Source: Dendrobates tinctorius
Taxonomy: Eukaryota
DNA length: 64,000 bases
Direction of reading: 5' to 3'
Assembly: GCF_039654945.1 (NCBI RefSeq)
Contig: NW_027361918.1
Coordinates: forward strand, 6,138,001-6,202,000
A model generated the notes under the pieces. It made no database searches. It was not told the origin of the DNA and worked only from the letters and a program-made list of their open reading frames with translations. A program made the position numbers and the translations under genes. Positions 1 to 12,569 of this stretch are shown one piece after another; position 1 is the first letter of the stretch; each line of letters begins with the position of its first letter.

Positions 1-165
1 GGAGGACAGAGAAGCCTGGAGGAGGACAGAGGTACCTGGAGGACAGAGGAAACTGGAGAAGGGGACAGGTTCTGGGAGAGGACAGAGGAGTCTTAGAGGA
101 ACAGAAAAGTAAAGGCAGAGATTGAAAGTCTATAGAAGATTGAGTTTTAAATGGTATTAGAGGCG

Positions 166-519
166 TTTGAACGGAATCTGAAAGCAGGATTTCATCCCCA
201 AACTATTTATATGATCATGTAAATCTTTCAAAGACTAGTGTAGCAATACCTTTACATGGACATACGGTCCTCCGTGTGTGTAAATTGATATGCAAACGAG
301 GCTGAAGAACTATATGTAGGACAGAAAATGAAATGTAGCTGGAGTGACAGAGGCTTCAGATCTACCAAAGCACTTCAGCCTCATTTGAATATCAATTCAG
401 ATGCTTATTTCTCAGTAACAGGAACAGACCGGCCATGTACAGGCACTGCTGGAGTCTTCTTTGAAAGAGATATATCTAAATAGGTTGAGGGGGAAGTCCT
501 GCTGGCAGAGTCTCTTTAA
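166..519. mobile_element. Degenerate T2/Kolobok-type MITE
   Basis: Left end (gaacggaatctgaaagcaggatttcatccccaaaactattta) imperfectly matches the reverse complement of the right end (ttaaagagactctgccagcaggacttccccctcaacctattta). The right end finishes in TTAA. No ORF. Confidence 0.5.
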
Positions 520-828
520 TATAGACAGAGGCATCTGGTAGGAACATGTCATTATGGTCTGGATACATACAGCATGATCGACTGATTAACACCACTCAGT
601 CGCCTGTCACTGTATAGTAAGAATGAACAGACATACCATTAAAAGACTTAAAGAAGTGGAAAGATTCTACTAACTATGTCCGCGACATGGACAAGATCTG
701 TCAATAGCCACAAATCTGTACATTATCCTTTTCCATTTTGTTGTTCTTGGAGGATGGAAAAAAAAAAAAAAGTAAGAGAACCGCCATGGGGTCCAACATC
801 ACCTCTTTCTGGTATGTTATGACTATAA

Positions 829-1024
829 GGCCGGGATCACACTTGCGATTTAAACGGCCGAGTCTCGCATATTAATACACGGCGCTGCCGCCGGGACTCA
901 GGAGCGGGGCGTGCAGCTCCATGTATTGCTATGCGGCCGCACACCCCGCTCCTGAGACCCGGCGGCAGCGCCGTGTATTGCCATGCGAGACTCGGCCATT
1001 TAAATCGCAAGTGTGATCCCGGCC
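829..1024. mobile_element. Palindromic PIF/Harbinger-type MITE (196 bp)
   Basis: Near end-to-end inverted repeat ggccgggatcacacttgcgatttaaa...tttaaatcgcaagtgtgatcccggcc, flanked by TAA at 826-828 and 1025-1027 (3-bp TWA TSD). Confidence 0.85.
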
Positions 1025-1063
1025 TAAGGATTTTTACATTGAATTGTCTGATCACATTATATG

Positions 1064-2274
1064 CACTGCTCAAAAAAATAAAGAGAACACTAAAATCCCA
1101 CATCCTAGACATCTCTGAATGAAATATTCCAGTTGCAAATTTTTATTCATTGCATAGTGGAATGTGTCCAGAATAATAAAACTAACAATTATCAATGTAA
1201 ATCAAAATGAATATCCCATGGAGGTCTGGATTTGGAATGATACTCAAAATCAAAGAGGAAAATCAAATTACAGGCTGATCCAACTTCAGTGGAAATGCCT
1301 CATGACAAGGAAAAGATGCTCAGTATTGTGTGTGGCCTCCACGTGCCTGTATGACCTCCCTACCATGCCTGGGCATGCTCCTGACAATGCCAGAAGCGTC
1401 TTACCTGGGCCAAGGAGAAAAAGAACTGGACTGTTGTCAGTGGTCCAAGGTGTTGATTTCAGATGAAAGTAAATTTTGCTCTTCATTTGGAAATCACGGT
1501 CCCAGAGTCTGGAGGAAGAGTGGAGAGGCCACAATCCAAGCTGCTGGAGGTCTAGTGTGAAGTTTCCACAATCCGTGATGGTTTGGGGAGCCATGTCATC
1601 TGCTGGTGTATGTCCACTGTGTTTTATCAAGACCAAAGTCAGCGCAGCCGTCTACCAGGACATGTTAGAGCTCTTCATGCTTCCCTCTGCCGACAAGCTT
1701 TTTGGAGATGGAAATGTCATTTTCCAGCAGGACTTGGCCCCTGTCCACACTGCCAACAGTACCAATACCTGGTGTACACACAACAGTATCACTGGGCTTG
1801 ATTGGCAGCAAACTCGCCTGATCTTAACCCTATAGAGAATCTATGGAGTATTGTCAGGAGGAAGATGAGAGACACCAGACCCAACAATGCAGACGAGCTG
1901 AAGGCTGCGATCAAAGCGACCTGGGCTTCCATAACCCCTCAGCAGTGCCACAGGCTGATCACCTCCATGCCACGCCGCATTGATCCAGTAATTGATGCAG
2001 AAGGAGCCCGACCAAGTACTGAGGGCATTTACTGATCATACATTTCAGGAGGCCAACATTCTGGATTTTACAATCATTTTCCAAGTTGGTGCTATAAAGT
2101 ATTCTAATTTACTGAGATAATGACTTTTGGGTTCTCATTGGCTGTAAGCCATAATCATCAACATCACCAGAAATAAACCCGTGACATAGATCACTCTGTG
2201 TGTAATGGCTCTAGAGAATAGAGGAGAGTCACTGTCTGTATTGGAAGATATTCTCATTTTGGGAGAAGCCCCTG
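1064..2274 (+). mobile_element. Decayed Tc1/mariner transposon (apparently two families fused)
   Basis: Frameshifted DD34E motifs: [42 protein letters not shown]. Left terminus cactgctcaaaaaaataaag; right terminus ...cccctg|TA. Confidence 0.85.
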
Positions 2275-2749
2275 TAGATCCCCCTTGGTTAGTGAATGCC
2301 ATTGTCTATGCTATTTCTATTGATGCTGACTTCCCAAATAGTTGTGGAAACATATCATCTATCTATATATCTGTGTTTGTCTATTTTGTAATAGCCGGTT
2401 TGGCTTTATATCTTATCACACAGATCTGCAAGGATAAAAATGTTAGAAAAGTAAGAGGAGATTTTTTTTTTAATACTCCATGGTCTTATTCCGGCACCGT
2501 ACTGTGACTCCCGCATTACCTGATCTTTGGTGGATGATATTGGAGTCATTAGATAATGGACGCCGTGCTGCGATTGGCTACTGTGGGTGGTGTTTTACCT
2601 CAGCAGTATAAGAACTGAAAGCTGCGCCGTGATTGGTTGGTATGGGGAGCAATTTTCTTTTAGACAGAGTTGATTCGAGTGTGGCGGAGGCCCTTACTAC
2701 TATTCCTGTCAGTAGTTAGTGGTTGTGGTGGATTAAGCTTCTGATCAAA

Positions 2750-5117
2750 ATGGCTAATGGCTACCAGGGGGTGTCGTAATTCATCCGAAACCATTCTCTA
2801 CATTTGCGGGTGTTTGGTAATGAAGGAACATGACGGAATACATTAAAAAACTGTATTATGTGTAAACCTGGGTGATCAGGACGAGTCGTGGGCTCCACAT
2901 GTCGTCTGTTCTAGAAGAACCACAAGTGGTGTGAAGGGAAGAAAGAGCTTTCCTTGTGGGGTGCCGATGATCCGAAGGGAACCGCAAAATAATAGCAATG
3001 ACTGATACCGTGGAGAGCTTCAACCCTAAAAATAAGAAGGGAATTGTATACCCGGGCCTCCCGTCAGAGATTCACCCTGTGCCTCAAGGTCTAGGAATAC
3101 CTGTCCCTTCACCTCTGGAGAAACCTGAAGATCCACCTGATTCAGAAGATTCAGCTCAAGAAGAGCAGGGTTCTGACGGAGAATTTCACGCTTGTCCCAA
3201 AGAGCCACACCTTTCTTCGCAGCTTGATTTATATGATTTAGTCAGAGACTTGGATCTTCCTAAAAAAAAGAACCAGTTAACTTCTGGTACCTGCTTTTCA
3301 TGGTACAGAAGCAGAGAGAAGGAATTCCTTCCATACTTTTCTCAATACGGTGCTCTAGTGGATTCCAGTGATGTTCCTGGGTTGATGGAAACATTAAACA
3401 ATGAGCACAATATGACTGAGTGGAGACTCTTTGTTGATTCATCCCAAAAAACGTCAGAAAGCTGCTACCGCACAATGACAGCTACTGCACAATGGCAGCA
3501 AGTGTGCGTCAGTGCCTGTATGACATTCTGTGACTTGAAGGAAAGCTATGAGACTTTAGATTTTATTCTCAATAAACTTAAGTACGAGGATGAAGGATGG
3601 CCAATATGTGGTGATCTGACCTTCTCTCTTTGCTCCCTGGGCAGCAAGGAAATTACACAAAGTATCCATGCTTTTTGTGTTAATGGAGCAGCTCGGATAG
3701 GATTCATCACTGCAGCCAAAAAAAGTTGGTCAACAAGAACGTCTTTGCCACCTGGACTGAAGAACATAGTTTCAAAAAGTTTAGTTGATCCCACTAAAGT
3801 TTTCCTGACACCACTTCACATTAAGCTTGGACTGATGAAACAGTCTGTGTTTGTAAAAGCTCTATTGAAAGTAGGTGTTAGGCGGCAGGTTTCTGCATCT
3901 GCTCTGCAGGAATCCAGAGCCTCACATTCTGCGGTCTCCTGCTGTCTATCTACCGCAGAGGAAATTGCTTTGCAGCAGATCGCTCCAGAGACTAAGTCCC
4001 TCCGTTCTCCTACTGGGCATGCTCACGAGACGATCTCCCATTGGAGATTGGGAGTCATGTGCCCAGGTCCTGCTCCAGATCTCATTGGTCCATCTCGGAG
4101 ATCTGGAAGCTTCTGGAAGATCCCGGCTATAAAAAGTGCGCATAACCATTCTGCCATGCGCTAGTATAGTCTCTAGTTGCTACTGTGTGAATGATGATGG
4201 ATGTATGAACCTGCGAATGACTCATTAAGATCCCCTTCCTCTGATATTACGTATGTGTACAGGGACTTAGATTAGAGTCAGCGCCAGCGCGTGGCAAGCC
4301 TCAAGCCACTACAGCATCATCCACAGTGCTAGCGTCCGACATTGCGCCTGCTTCCTTGCTTTGTTGACTAGCGGCAGTGTTCTATGCCATGCTGCAGTTG
4401 CAGCCCTCTTTGGCGTCCGCAGTAGCGACGCCGCACGCACGGTAGGTCTAGACGGATGCAGCTCCTCTGCTTTGGGTTCAGCTCCTGTGACCATGTACCG
4501 TGCGTGCAGTTCTCCGAGACCTGTGAGTCCAACAGGCTCAGTACTTATGTTTATGTTCCAAGCGTCTCTGTGGAGATAACAGAGTACGCTCTGTGCACAC
4601 CGGGTGACGTTCAACCCCTGTGCGATATACCGCCATATTGTGCGTCTGCCATTATCTAGCAGCGGTGTAACACCTACTGCACGGTGGACCCCGGGCGACG
4701 AACGCACTTATTATTATTAGTGCGTTCCGCCGTCCCTAACAGTAGGAGAGACTTAACTACCTGTGTACCAATTTTCCGGGACTGTCGAAGCAAAACTGAA
4801 GGGTGGACATTTTTGCGTTCCAGATATTCAGAAACTCGTGAAGGACGTTGTGTTTAGAACTAAAATGAAAGATGCTGAAAAAAAGAGCTTGGGATTCTTT
4901 TAGAGAAGTCGTGAAGAAATTTCTAGGTAACAAAGAAGAACCCAAATTTAAGTCCATTGTGGAGAACATGCGGAAAGGTTTCAAAGCCATGTGGTTGTCT
5001 AATGAATTTGAAGTGACATTTTTTTATATTCCCATTTGGACTACGTTGCCGAAAACCTTGGTGCTGATAGTGAAGAGCAAATAGAAAGATTTCATCAGGA
5101 TATCAAGGAGATGGAAC
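2750..5117 (+). mobile_element. Chapaev3-like (CMC) DNA transposase pseudogene, 5' part
   Basis: Motifs YICG, GDQDESWAPHVVC, EWRLFVDSS, WPICGDL, LTPLHIKLGLMKQ, KFLGNK and ERFHQDIKEME across frameshifts. Interrupted at 3876-4741 and at 5118. Family name is from motif recall. Confidence 0.7.
3876..4741 (+). mobile_element. Solo LTR (866 bp) inside the Chapaev-like transposase
   Basis: Termini TGTTAGG...CCTAACA; 5-bp TSD GTAGG at 3871-3875 and 4742-4746; TATA-like ctataaaaag near 4127. Host coding sequence resumes after the insert. Confidence 0.9.
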
Positions 5118-7553
5118 TAGAGATGAGGGAACGTGTTCCGAAAACGTTCACCAAGCTCAAATTCGGCACGAAGGTAGCTGATTCCGATTTGTGTTTTCGC
5201 TTTCACAAGCATTTTTGTGCAAAGTCGTTAACAGTTCGATAATCACCTCGTTTCCACTAATGCTTTTGTTATTCTTTTCCTAGGATACTGGTGCTGTATG
5301 GCGAGCGGGGGGACGAGTATGATGAGGTGAGGGGGTGTGGAGAGGTTAGAGGAACGTCTGAAGAGATTACAGGACCGGCACACGCTTTTTTTTTCCCCCC
5401 CTTAACATTATGTGTGTTGATTCCGGCAGCCAATCAGGGCGCAGAAACCAAAACCATCCACAACGTAATGACACAAGGTCTTCTGTGTTTGGCTGCCGAA
5501 GTCACATGTCCCTGGCCATATAAAAATCGAACATCTTGTTTTGCTGGTGCCATTGTCTAAGTGTCCCAGTGCAGAGAGGTCGCTCCTGTGCTCCAGCTGG
5601 TGCTGAAAGTGAACTTGTCAGTTAAATTGATAGGATCCTGTCCTGTGTGAAATCGATCTTCCAGCATCGAAGTAGATTTGTCAAAAACTGTGTGGCCGTC
5701 TCCTGCAGCCCCGTTAGCTACTCCAAATCCTTTGTGATAAAACTGTGTTTCAGTGGCAAATCAGAAGGCCAGATTTCCACTTAAAAACCGCTAGGCATAA
5801 CAGTGTTGTTCAGGCGCACTAAGAAAATAAATAGTGATTGTTCATTTAGTGACAGGTGTCTGACAGCTGTGGGCCTAATGTTGTAAAGCAGCAGGTTACA
5901 AGAGGGGAAGGGTACATACAACATGAGTGGGAAAAAGCGAGGTTGTGGTGGAAGGGGGAATAGGCTTGGTGTTCGATGTGTACGTGGGTTAGCTGTTAAT
6001 GTGAATGAAAGATCAACGGAACAAACACCATCTCGTCCTATCCAAGGGCCACTGATAACATCTGTTCCTGGACGGGTTACTCCACTCCCTTTCTTTGGCA
6101 GCTGCACAGCCTTGTAGATGAGGCCACGAAACAGCATGTGCTTCAGTGGATGGCAAGCGCTGCATCAAGTGGCCTCTCTTCCTCTATCGTAACTTCAAAC
6201 ACAGTACAATCCTCAGAGGTGGAACCCCAATCACCCTTGTTTCCCCCACGTCAAAAATTTCCTAACGCCCAACTGACTGTGGGGAATCTCAGATGGTCCA
6301 TTCTGTAGAGCTGTGCACACATTGTATGCCATGGGCATCAGAGGTCTGCTCTGAAGAATCACAGGATCCGAAATCCTTCGGTCCCGCAGTTGTGGTCACG
6401 TAAAAGAATGTTTCTTCCTACACATGGCAAAGCTAAAAGCTTGAACTCCATCATCTACAGGCTGTTGGCCACGGAAATGCTGCCTGGTGGATACAGACTT
6501 TTTCAGAAAGTTGATGGCCGTCACAGTCCACCAGTACCATTTGCCCAGTCGGAATTACTGCTCTTAGAAAGCTGTACCTGCACTACACCAGCATGTCGCC
6601 TACAACATCACCCATTCCCTGAAAAAATCTGTCTGCTAGGGTGCATTTCACCACCGATACCTTGACGAGAAAACATGGGCAGGGGCATTACATCTTGCAG
6701 ACTAGGCACTAGGTGACTATGGTGGCTGTAGGAGCAGGCGGGCAAGGGGGTGCTCCACAAGTTTTGGAATCTCCAAGGCTTGTGGGACAAACCTATGTAT
6801 CTAACAGTTCCTCCACTGCTTCTGCCTCCTCCACCTCCTCTAGGGCCTCCACCTGTGCCCTCAACCTCTCCCTTAATGTGACACACGTTCCCACAGTGCA
6901 GATTGAATCTCCCCCTCCTCAGTACTGCACAGCCATGGATCACCGCAATCAGGCAGTGTTTCAATTAATATGGAGATCGCAGTCACACAGCTCAAGAGTT
7001 GTGGACAGGTATCCAGGCAGAGTTAAAGCAATGGTTGTCTCCACTAAACCTGGAGCCAGGGAAGCCTTGATCGATAACGGTGAAAACATGGTGGTGGCCC
7101 TACGCCGTGACAACCTCACACATGTGCCTTACATGGCTCAAGTCCTCAACCTAGTGGTACAGCAATTTCTCCACCACTACCCAGGCCTGAATGTGCTGCT
7201 GCAGATAGCACGGTCACTCTGTGCTCACTTCTGACGATTGCATCCCGTAGGTCATCAATTTGCATAGCTGTAGAGGTCTTTCGGCCTACCGGTTAACCGT
7301 TTGATTAGCAAAGTTCCAACACCGTGGAAATCCACTCTGCACATGTTGCAGTGGCCTTGCAACAGTGACGAGCCCTGGTGCTGTATGTCCATTTGCATAG
7401 CCTGGTCCAACGCAGTCCGAACGTGGTGGAAGTCACGCTTGCGTAGTGGGCAGAGGTGAAAGACCTCTGCACCCTTCTGCACAGCTTTGAAATGGCTACT
7501 AAGATGGTTAGCGCTGACGATGCCGTCATCAGCATCACTATTCTGGTCATCTA

Positions 7554-8692
<1,139 letters not shown>

Positions 8693-8778
8693 TATATGCT
8701 GGAGAACACTTTGAATAGTCTGCGTGAGGAGGTGATGGTCCCAGAGGAAGAGGTGGAAGCAGAGGAGGATGTGGAAGG

Positions 8779-9514
8779 TGTGGTGTAGTGACCACTGTGT
8801 CCGCTAGGGGGCACTATGTGGGTGTCCCAGGACAGGCGTATAAGCATTTCCAGTGTCCTGATAGGAGTAGGATGCTGAATGATCGTAATGTATCTCAAGG
8901 TGGGTGGCCTGAGCTGATCTTTCGTGCCAATGTGTTAGGGAGAGCTACCTACAAATCCACCCAGGGGTGTGTCTGAAAACGCTGGTAGTACAAGACTATG
9001 TGAGTGTGAAGGACCTGTGATGAGGTCATAGCCATGTGACCCGGTGGGCGTGGCTACAGACCATATAAGGTGGCCAGGGTAGGTCATATGGCGTGAATGC
9101 TGGGACCTGGTTGGTCCGTTGTGGAAGGTCCTGCCCGGAGATGGGGCTTCCTGCCTGACAGCACGTGAAGTGGCTGTGAGTAATGGCTGCAAGTGTCTGA
9201 CAGTTCCCAGGGAGAGGGAATGAACGTCTGCAGTGAGCTGAAGCAGCCATGAGGTAACCCTGATGGGAGATATCTGTGAGGCTGAAGAGCCTGAGTACTG
9301 GACATTGCGTAACCTGTGTGACCACAGGGACAACAGAGGGAAGCTCTGTCATGAACGCTATGCTGATTATTTGAACTTTATGTTGCTGCTGTGGGTTTAT
9401 GATGCCTGAATAAAACGCATGGATTGTTATTGTTTTATGGAAAACCTGTGCCGGACTTCATTATTTGGCTGCCAAGCGAGTGTCCCCAACCTTGAATGAC
9501 AGCGCTACCTTACA
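8779..9514 (+). mobile_element. Solo LTR (736 bp) nested in the hAT element
   Basis: TGT...ACA termini; 4-bp TSD AAGG at 8775-8778 and 9515-9518; TATA-like catataag near 9063 and AATAAA near 9409. Confidence 0.8.
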
Positions 9515-11181
9515 AAGGGATAACACTATCTCAAATTTCCGGACTGTCGTCGCACAGGCAGGTGGCATGGGAGATTGGCTTACAGCGATTATGGGGGGCT
9601 CATGGTACCAGACAAACTGTTAGTGAAGATGCAGGAGCCAAGGAACAAATGGAGGTGTATGAGGTGATGGACGCAACAGTCAGGAGGTGAAGTTGATAAC
9701 AATCTGCTCTCTGGTGTCCGTGGTTGTCGGTAGGGTACGACTGAAGCAACCTTGAGTGTTACCCTGCCACCAACACACTATGGACTTAGACCTCATGGAA
9801 GCGCCCGACCCAGGAGCACCTTCTTGCTGCATATCTTCACTATGCCTGTACTCTTAGGGTTAGAAATAGTGCCGACTACTGGGATCTAGGGTACAAGAGT
9901 AAATTTAGCCAGATGCTTCTCTCCCTGGAAAGGGATGCGCGCATGCTGGAGTATTAAAACACATTTGTAGACTGTCTAAGAGTGGTTTTCCCCAAGACAG
10001 CAGTGAGGCACACAGTGTGCATCCCAGTTCTAGATGTCTAATCCCGGGAACGTCACGGCATCATTGCAAAAACATTAGCAGCAGCAGTGTAAGTGGCATA
10101 AGCAATTTCTATGAGTCATTTAACACATTTTTTAGACCAGCCCGTGCACCAGCAGAACAGAGTACAAGTCTGACACGTGAAGGACTGGAGAGGATGGTGC
10201 AGGAGTATCTGGAGCTCAATATCAATGCCATCTGGGGAGTTGGACCCAAATGCATTTTGGTGTTCAAAAAGTGGAAGAGTGGCCTGTGCTTGTCCGTCAT
10301 GCCTTGGAGGTTTTGTCATGCCCGGCAGCCAGTGTTCTCACAGAATGTGCCTTCAGCGCTGCTGATGGTGTCCTGACGGATAAGCGCATCCAGCTGTCCC
10401 TTTAAAGACCGCCTCAATTTCACCAAAATTAACAAGTCGTGGATCTCTGATTACTTTTGTACCTCAGTCGCAGATTGGGCAGGCTAGGCGATGGTGTAGT
10501 TTTTAGTTTGCTGCATTGATCTTGCACCATTGCTGTCTGTGCCATCTTTGTCGTGTCTTCTGTGCCTGCTGTTGCTACTGCTACTGATGTTACAAACTAT
10601 TTTTTTGAAATGTGGAGACTTCTAGTTGGATCTCCATCTGGTAGGTTGGCTGTGTAAGAAGGTCTCCCAGACCGGCAGGCCTTGACTTACTTTCAGTCAA
10701 CTACCTTTGTTACTATTCTTATATTTTTCTATAAATAATAGTCTATAAAACTGATGTGTGTGCCATCTGAGTGTGGCTGGAATAATAAAAAAACAAAAAA
10801 TTGCAGGTGTTGCATGAGTTGTGAGATTTGCCATCTAAGAAGGCTTACACCGCTCCCTTAACCACCAGGTTCTCATTGAACGTCAGTCACAAGCGGTAAA
10901 TGCTGGGCCAGACCCTGACACCGCACGTATGGTCCATGGCTGACTGCTGCTGTGCCATTTGCAAATTTTTATTGTGGGTCAATTGATGCCAGTTTTCATG
11001 GGGTCTACCACTAATTTTAGCTGTTTGGAAAGCTTTTGGTCATCCCTTAAGGTATTGTGTAAACGTTTGGTTTGGACTCCCTGTTAATCTAATGGCTTTC
11101 GGGATTGTTTGCGAACATGTCCGGCGAACGTCGAAACGTTCGTCAGGCTGAATCGAATCTTGAAAGTTTCGCTCATCTCTA

Positions 11182-11330
11182 GATGGAACCATGACATAAA
11201 GGTAGATGGGACGTGAATATGATGGGGACTATCGCTGGCTGCTTCACGGTGACGATCGGCAGGCCTTCTATAAGAGAAGAGAGAGCAAGGGAAGCTTTGA
11301 AGAGAAAAGGAAATGGCGCAAGAATTAGTT
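11182..11330 (+). mobile_element. 3' continuation of the Chapaev3-like transposase
   Basis: Reads ME..KGRWDVNMMGDYRWLL, directly continuing ERFHQDIKEME from before the hAT insertion. Confidence 0.75.
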
Positions 11331-12203
11331 TCCAATAATGCTGCAGAATGAATGTTCTTGAGGAGCTAGTCACGGACTCTTTTCCAGCACGGAGCATCGC
11401 TACATCCATCTTATTGTTTATTAGAAATTTGCTCTCTCGTTAGTTTAAGGTGCACAAATCTCTCCTGGAAAGTGTTCAGCCTCATGAATCAATGGTTCCG
11501 TTCCGTGACAGTACGCTGAGGAAGACATGCAGTCTGCATCTCATGTATAGCATCTGGAGGTGGCATGTGTGTCTTTTTTCCTCTGTAGGGGGCATCCCTA
11601 ATGCACAACCCTACAGACAGGTTGAAGACTGGGTTTCTGGATCATTCTTCATTCTTTGAGCTAAAAGCAAATGTTTAAGGGGGTTGATCCCAGCAGAGGG
11701 AGAACATGTTTAGTGAGGCAGTTGATGGAGTGACGCCAAGAGGCGAGGATCTGTTGGGGAGGTCCTGGTGCCCCTGTATGGATGGCTGTCAGGAAAAGTA
11801 TTAAGTTACGTACCGGTAACGGTATTTTTCGGAAGCCCATGACAGCACCATGGGAGAGAGGGGATCCGCCCTTTAGGAACAGGAAACCTACAGATACAAA
11901 AGGGCGGCACCTCTCCCACGCATCAGTTGGATTACAGAGCTTGAGAGGCTACCATGGTTAGTACACAACATATAATATATACAACCTATCTACCCTATTT
12001 ACCAGAAATATTTTATACCATCTCCCACATACAGTAAACTGTGGACAATCTTCTAAAGGAGTGCACCCCTATATGTGAACAAGGGAGGGAACTAAGGGTG
12101 CTGTCATAGGCTTCCGAAAAATACCGTTACCGGTACGTAACTTAATACTTTATTCGGACTCCCATGACAGCACCACGAGAGAATTACAGAGATGTAAACT
12201 AAC

Positions 12204-12569
12204 TTAGGGAGGGACTACAGCCTGCAGCACCCTTAGCCCGAAGGTGAGGTCTGAGGAGGCACCCATGTCTAACCGGTAGTGGTTAAAAAAGGTGGAAGGA
12301 GATGACCAGGTGGCCGCCTTACATATCTGATCAATTGATACTCCAGATCTTTCTGCCCAAGATGATGCCATGGCACGAGTGGAATGCGCCCTCAGGTTCT
12401 GCGGAGCCGGACCTCCACCTGCTGTGTAGGCAAGAGAGATAGCCTCCCTAATCCACCTTGCTAATGTGTGTTTCGATACCCTACAACCTTTCCTGGGACC
12501 TTGGAAGGATAGGAATAATGCATTCTCCTTCTTCCAAGGATCCGTGGCTGCTAAATATTTAAGTAAGCA
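12204..12569 (-). pseudogene. DIRS tyrosine recombinase, C-terminal part
   Basis: LARWIREAI..AHSTRAMASSWA..ICKAATWSSPSTFFNHYRLD (HxxR motif and catalytic Tyr). Confidence 0.9.

Noticed and set aside
2998-4164. 388-aa ORF as a host gene
   Set aside because: A chimera of frameshifted transposase sequence running into a solo LTR.
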